A stretch of DNA of 64,000 bases, from assembly GCA_010093745.1 (NCBI GenBank), contig MU005980.1:1-64000 (forward strand). Direction: 5' to 3'. A model generated the notes under the pieces. That model made no database searches, was not told the origin of the DNA, and saw only the letters and a list, made by a program, of their open reading frames with translations. This document shows positions 58,614 to 64,000 of this stretch, in pieces. How positions within the stretch are numbered: the stretch's first letter is position 1; each line of letters begins with the position of its first letter. Both the position numbers and the translations under genes were made by a program. Source of the stretch: Piedraia hortae CBS 480.64. Lineage: Eukaryota.

Positions 58614-59737
58614 GCAGTGGCATCGTACACTAATAGCAACGAGACTTCATGCCAACAGATGTGTGACGAAGACGGTAATGTTTGCTTGAGCCTCATGGGG
58701 ATTAATGCTGGAAGCTTAACTTTAAGTTTGTTGCGGAGCTCCATGGAAGCTCTGTCAGATTTTGGTTTGGTGTTTCGCGTTCGGCGATATCGACATAAAA
58801 ACGATATGAGACGGTAACCCGTCCTACAGGATTCCTGATACTGCTCAAAGATCATACACCGTTAATTAAACGTTTCGTGATTGTGCATAATATGGCTCAC
58901 GTGTGAGAAGCCCAATGACATTCAAAAGAACAGAGGACTTTTGCAATTACCATGCATTGATGCAATGATAATGCGAAACCGACCCCTCAGTTTTGGATGG
59001 GCAGAACAAGGCAATATGCCTCTGATATGATTGTAATTGTGACAGTATGCTAAAGCTGTAAGCTGTTGGAGTACGAGTGCCATGTCTGGGAACAGCGTTA
59101 ACGTCTCCGCTACCAAATAAACTTCAAACACCTAGAAAGAGGCCCATATGAAACTCCAGCGCTTTCAAAAAAGTGAAGCTCTAGCCATGCAAAACTGTTG
59201 CGTGGGGCGCCCTTACGTTCAGAGTGTTGATCAAACATATGTACGCAGTTGTCAAGACTTTCTACAACGTTATACGACCGTCGAACGGTTGGATGAGCGA
59301 GGAAGTTTGCCTCATGGACTCTGTTATTTAGGGGATAAGAATCTGTGTTTCTCACCTGAGCAGAGCTGCGTTTCACACGGGGAGAGAGGTTGAGACTTTA
59401 CCACACGACGGTCTGCCTGGCATCGATGCCGTTTAGCAAATACTCGGCTCAGATTGCGAAGCAAAGACCTGTCAAGGAATTAGTTGTAGGATTTGATTCA
59501 TTTAGATGGTTACTGGAGTTTTTTCCTGTGTTGTGTAGGTATTTAGCTCTCGTGGGTGAGAGTGCACAGCGACCCGAAGAGGGCGGAGCGATAGACGGAA
59601 ACAGGGACAGGAAAGATGTAGATGTATGTAAGTCAAAATACCAGTTGCAGCATGGTAGTGTGAATGACTATTTTCAATAAGGGGACGTTCAGAATGAAAA
59701 TTCTGTTCCGGTGGGCCGGTGACGTCACGTCGTACAC

Positions 59738-59837
59738 TAGCGGGGCGTATTCACCATGTCACATATGACATGACCCTGAGGGAAAACCTCTGTGAGGCAA
59801 AAACCTAGGGTGCAGCTGGTAGTGTAGGAGGTATCGC
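59738..59837 (+). repeat. Dispersed hairpin-core repeat family, copy E
   Basis: GGCGTATTCACCATGTC...TGACCCTGAGGGAAAACCTCTGTGAGGCAAAAACCTAGGGTGCAGCTG. Confidence 0.85.
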
Positions 59838-59844
59838 TGACTTG

Positions 59845-59937
59845 CTATGCAAGTGCCCTGCATACGCGCTAGCGGCGATGCTTGAATCCAACACTATACA
59901 AGTGCCCCGTGTACGCGCTAGATGTTTGAATCCAACA
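59845..59937 (+). repeat. Tandem duplication of a 44-49 bp unit
   Basis: CTATGCAAGTGCCCTGCATACGCGCTAG...TTGAATCCAACA followed by CTATACAAGTGCCCCGTGTACGCGCTAG...TTGAATCCAACA. Confidence 0.85.
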
Positions 59938-60865
59938 TGTTTCTCTAACGCTTCAAAGCAGTCAGCCTACAGTTGAAGGATGTATCACGTGATGACCATG
60001 TACAACGTCCTTTCATGTATGCAGCACATATAACAATACCATTATTCATGTCTTAGTGCACTCACACTATCATTTCGTCCCCTTTAAATCCTACTTGCCA
60101 ATATCTGCTTCTTGCTGTAGTGATTGCTCATAGTTGACATTCTCGACAAACCAACGGGCGCACCACTCATTGACCACATAGACAACACCTACCGAAGTTT
60201 TCATGCGTTCGCTTACGGCCACACATCCAGGGGGTTTGAAGATCTCTTGTTCGCGCTTGGGCTCCAGGCTGAGCAAGAACACGTAATTTGCATTCATACC
60301 GAGAAGTTGTTCAACTTATCTACAAACGCCACCAGAAACAGAGAATGCATGATCAATATGTTCGTGCATAGTGTGAGGTGCTCCTCCTCGTAAGTCATTC
60401 GAACAGGTCGAAAATCGTGATCCTCGAGATGTGCCGCGCGCTAGCACTCATGAGGAGCCATTGACCACTTTCCCTGTCCTGGCCCCTCAGATGTTGTAGG
60501 GCTGGATGTTGGCGCAGCTGTTCTTATCAAGTGGTTGCTAAACCTCATTGGAGAGAGCTTTGCGCCAAATTTTGCACATGAGACTTCCTCAGGTTCGATA
60601 TATCAAAGTGTCACATCCTTTCGCCTCACCAGAAAATAGCACGCGTGCAAGCTATTCGGCCTAGTGATGGGCTAAAATTCCTCCTGTTTCGTTTTTGGGC
60701 CGTGGCTAGGCCTTGATAGGCCGGACGTTGACAGTAGCCTCTTACATATAGTTTGCCAAGACCTGCGCGGTGAGTTTGTATTCCGCGTTGCAGACTTTTC
60801 TGCTTGAGATGTCTGCAACACTCTAACCACGATCTTCCCATGTTACACAAGACTATAACCAACTC

Positions 60866-61421
60866 ATGGATACAATGTCTGCTCAGGAGAGCCCCGTTAC
60901 CCTCGTCAGCTCCGACGGCGTGGAGTCCGTGACCACGCGCAAGGCCGCGGAGTGCTCGCTCGTTTTCAAGAATTTGTTCGCCGACTTTGGCGTTACGTCT
61001 GAGCCCCTCCTTATTTCGAAGGTAAGCTACACTATACCCTCGATACACTTCAGATCACTAGCAGAATAGGTCGAGGGAGCCGTCTTGCGCAAAGTCATTG
61101 AGTGGTACGAGCGCCACCAGGGCGAGCCACTGCATCCAGACCCGGCGGGCAAGTCTTCTCTGGCTATGCGTTATACGCCATATCAAATGAGCGATTCAGG
61201 TGAAGAGTTCATTAAGAACAACTAGGCCCTCCTGTTTCCAACTATCATGGCCCGCCAATTTCTTAGACATCCCCGGCTTGATGAATGTCGGTTGCAAGGC
61301 GGCGGCGTTGGCTTTCAAAGACATGCCAAGCGACGAAATCCGCGCCATGCTAGGCATCGATATGAATATTTCGCGCGAAGACGAAGCAAACCTCTTGCGT
61401 GAGTTCGCGTGGGCGCTGTGA
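60866..61421 (+). pseudogene. Divergent SKP1-like pseudogene; intron 61022-61069
   Basis: VTLVSSDG, VEGAVLRKVIEWYERH, ANFLDIPGLMNVGCK, DEIRAMLGI. In-frame TAG at 61223-61225 and one extra C at about 61251. Confidence 0.85.
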
Positions 61422-61944
61422 GGGTTTTTTGTCTATTGACTGCATGGGTTGATCAGGGGGTTGTTTTCTTCTGTCATCTCCGAGGCTTGTACTTAACGCA
61501 TTGAATTTTTGTCAACCACTTCTTTAAACAGCATGTCCTAAAGTCCTAGTCTATGAAGAAAACCCTTGAGCAGCTTCACACAAGCCCAGGAATGGACTCC
61601 TGTGCAAACGGCATGTTGCCTAGCAGCGAAGAGCATAATATTCGAGACTACCTAACGAGCGATTTGCAAGTACAGACTGCTGATTTTATGAAACCAGGTA
61701 CGCTGAGACACTCCTATCGGTAAAGCTTCGCAAATAACACACAACTCTACGATGCCTGACCCCAGCCAAATTTGTGCTTTAGTCCCAGACAAAGCACACA
61801 GACTAGAAGCCTCGCTCCGGTAGAATGAAGCATATAGTGCTGGTGTCTCTTACGTGTAGATTGTCTCAAGCAGGAATCTTCTCCAAGTTTTAAGGCTTTG
61901 CTGTCAGCACGGTAGGCATCTCAACCAGTGACAGATGTTATTGC

Positions 61945-62001
61945 ACCTGCCAACCCACCTGTCGACCCACCTGTCGATCCACTTGTCAACCCACCCGTCA
62001 A
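61945..62001. repeat. 12-bp minisatellite (CCACCTGTCGAC-like), about 5 copies
   Basis: cacctgccaac ccacctgtcgac ccacctgtcgat ccacttgtcaac ccacccgtcaa. Confidence 0.8.
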
Positions 62002-64000
62002 AATCTGCTGAATCTCATCCTTCTGCATGACATTACATCTTGAGCCAACGGAAAGATTAAGTACAACGACCTTCGAAATCCAACGCGATTCCAATCACAC
62101 AGGCACGCTTTGGCTTCTGTCTGAATGGAATGATTCTCTTTCAAGTATTAAAATTCTAACCTATCTATACATGGTACTATAACTTCGAGTCTATTAGCAC
62201 ATCTGTGCAGTACGATTCCTGCAAAGCCCCGTGCAGGACGCTGTAATGCGTTTTCCATTATCACTGTGCATGGCGGCAGCTCAACTCTCGTGCTCCTCAC
62301 CATCGCCCCATAACCATCCGCTCCATAGCTTCCGCCCGCTTCGCTTCACAAATGAACCGCCAGGTCAAGTAAGCCCTCTCTTACTTTGAGATCAAATCTA
62401 AATTTGGCTGGTTTAATGCAGTGGCGCTCGGCCGCTAACGGCCGCACAAGGTTTAGGATCTGTTTACACACAGTATACAGCCTTTCTAGCAAGCTCTTTC
62501 TCCGCTCAACGAATTGACAGACTGTCCCATGTCTTCCCGGACATTAGACAATGGACGCGGTTTAAGCGCAGAGCGCATGCCTCAATAAAAATTCAAGTTT
62601 CGCAGATGTGCGGCTTGTCCTTTTACTGTTATAGCAGCTGGGTCTGGGTGGTCATTCTGGGTTTCCCTCGGCTTCCGTCAGAATAGTGACAAAGCCTCCA
62701 GCGTGCGAGATCGCGAGGGCCCTGCCCGTAGTTTATCGTCTCCCGCAGCTGCAGCGGGTGATCAAAGCGCCGCCATATGCCGCGAAATCCAAATACCCGG
62801 TTTTCTCTGACAGTGAGTCGGTTGATTGAGGTGGAGCGTGTCGTGTACCTCAGCACTTACCAGCTTGAAAGTTTCGATTCCAAGTCCGTTCAGTGCCGGG
62901 ATGCTTGATGTTCGACGAACCTTTTGGCTTCCCCAAAGAAGGCCCGGCTTTTACGTCCCTGACACTACTGATGCAATCTATAGCTTGTTCCTCGTCGAGC
63001 ACGTTCCCGGGACCTGGTTATGCTTAAGGCACCACTTTCCTTTAATGTCGTAGAGTTTGGCATTCTTAAACCCAATGTGCTGAGCAGAGTGCATCCGCTT
63101 TTTACGTCGAAGCGCAATTGCTCCTGGGCGCTGCTTAGATGATTGCGCCTGCATTTACTGCTGCACAAGTCCTGGAACTCAAAAGCAAAGTGAGCCCTCA
63201 CCATGAGTCCCTCGCCATCGTCAAAATTATGAAGAAGATGTATGAACGTCGCTTCGGCCTTTGTCGCTCGTGGAATTAGGCGACATTAATTTTTGGCTTC
63301 CGCAGACAGGAAAATCCATGTGAACAAAGGGCTCCATTACATCTTGTCCTTTGTCGCTGCATTAACACTGGTGAATCTGACACCGCGGAGCGCTGCTACC
63401 CTCCAATCTTGGATGGTGTAGTGTGCTTTCTTAGCTCAAGTGAGTACTGAATTAGAGTGACGATGCAATTGCCTCCAGCATTATCTCTCAAGCCCGCTGC
63501 GCATCACATTTCTCAAGCCTCGAATCTCCACTGAGCTTTGTTACAAAGAGACTCAGATCTATACCAGATTGATAGGCTTACGGATGGGATTAGACTCCAA
63601 GATCTTCCTGGATGGTGGTGCTCACGGCACAACATTAGCATCTGCTGATGAAGTTGGCCCAAGTATCGAGATGCGCAATCCAGGAACGGGGACAATTGGA
63701 AAGTAGAGCTTAACAATGCACATTAAAAAAGTATAGGCATGAATAACCACCTGAAACTGACGACAGAAGAGGAAATAAGGAAGTCGCGCTCAGAATGGGG
63801 AGGATCAGCTGTCAGCCGGCCAAGAGTTGTAACCTATGGCGCTACCCGTGTTTTAAATGGCTGATAGGTCACGGTAACGGACAGGCAGGCAGTACGCCGG
63901 GGCTCACGGACTTACCAGGGTGGATAGACTGGCAAGATATGAATGCGCCTGTCGTCTATGATACAGGAACTACTGCTAAGGTGGCTCACTAGCGTTTGAA

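Noticed and set aside
59845..59937. CRISPR-like reading of the short repeats
   Set aside because: Eukaryotic context, only two adjacent units, no spacers and no cas genes.
61223..61225. Rescue of premature stops by A-to-I editing or readthrough
   Set aside because: The homologous residue is Gln rather than Trp, and a nearby frameshift would remain.

Overview
Eukaryotic DNA from a filamentous ascomycete, probably a compact-genome Dothideomycete. This is inferred from the protein sequences and from 43-57 nt introns with CTRAY-type branch sites; the species cannot be fixed from the sequence alone. Very tightly packed housekeeping blocks (RPN7-MED13; ENP2-LUC7-GPI16-PUP2-SPC97; ABD1-amino acid permease-SCP160-MMS21-mitochondrial carrier-DEAD-box helicase-PEX11-FF protein-PRE9) alternate with 2-7 kb 'graveyard' segments. 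These segments hold disrupted genes (three TPR pseudogenes, a PD-(D/E)XK-like gene plus a broken paralog, a SKP1-like pseudogene) and unidentified remnants. The window also has two MFS efflux pumps, an intron-containing tRNA-Thr(CGT) and a GPI-type Ser/Thr-rich surface protein. The main unexplained signals are: (1) a diverged 100-130 bp dispersed element with six copies and a conserved AGG-A(n)-CCTC-NNN-GAGG-A(n)-CCT stem-loop core, found only in accessory intergenic DNA and usually 5' of a same-strand gene or pseudogene; (2) a Ded1/Vasa-like helicase with WG/GW repeat tails and a probable GC-AG intron; (3) repeated sharp A+C to G+T strand-skew flips inside genes; (4) convergent genes only 16-28 bp apart; and (5) three proteasome subunit genes within 43 kb.
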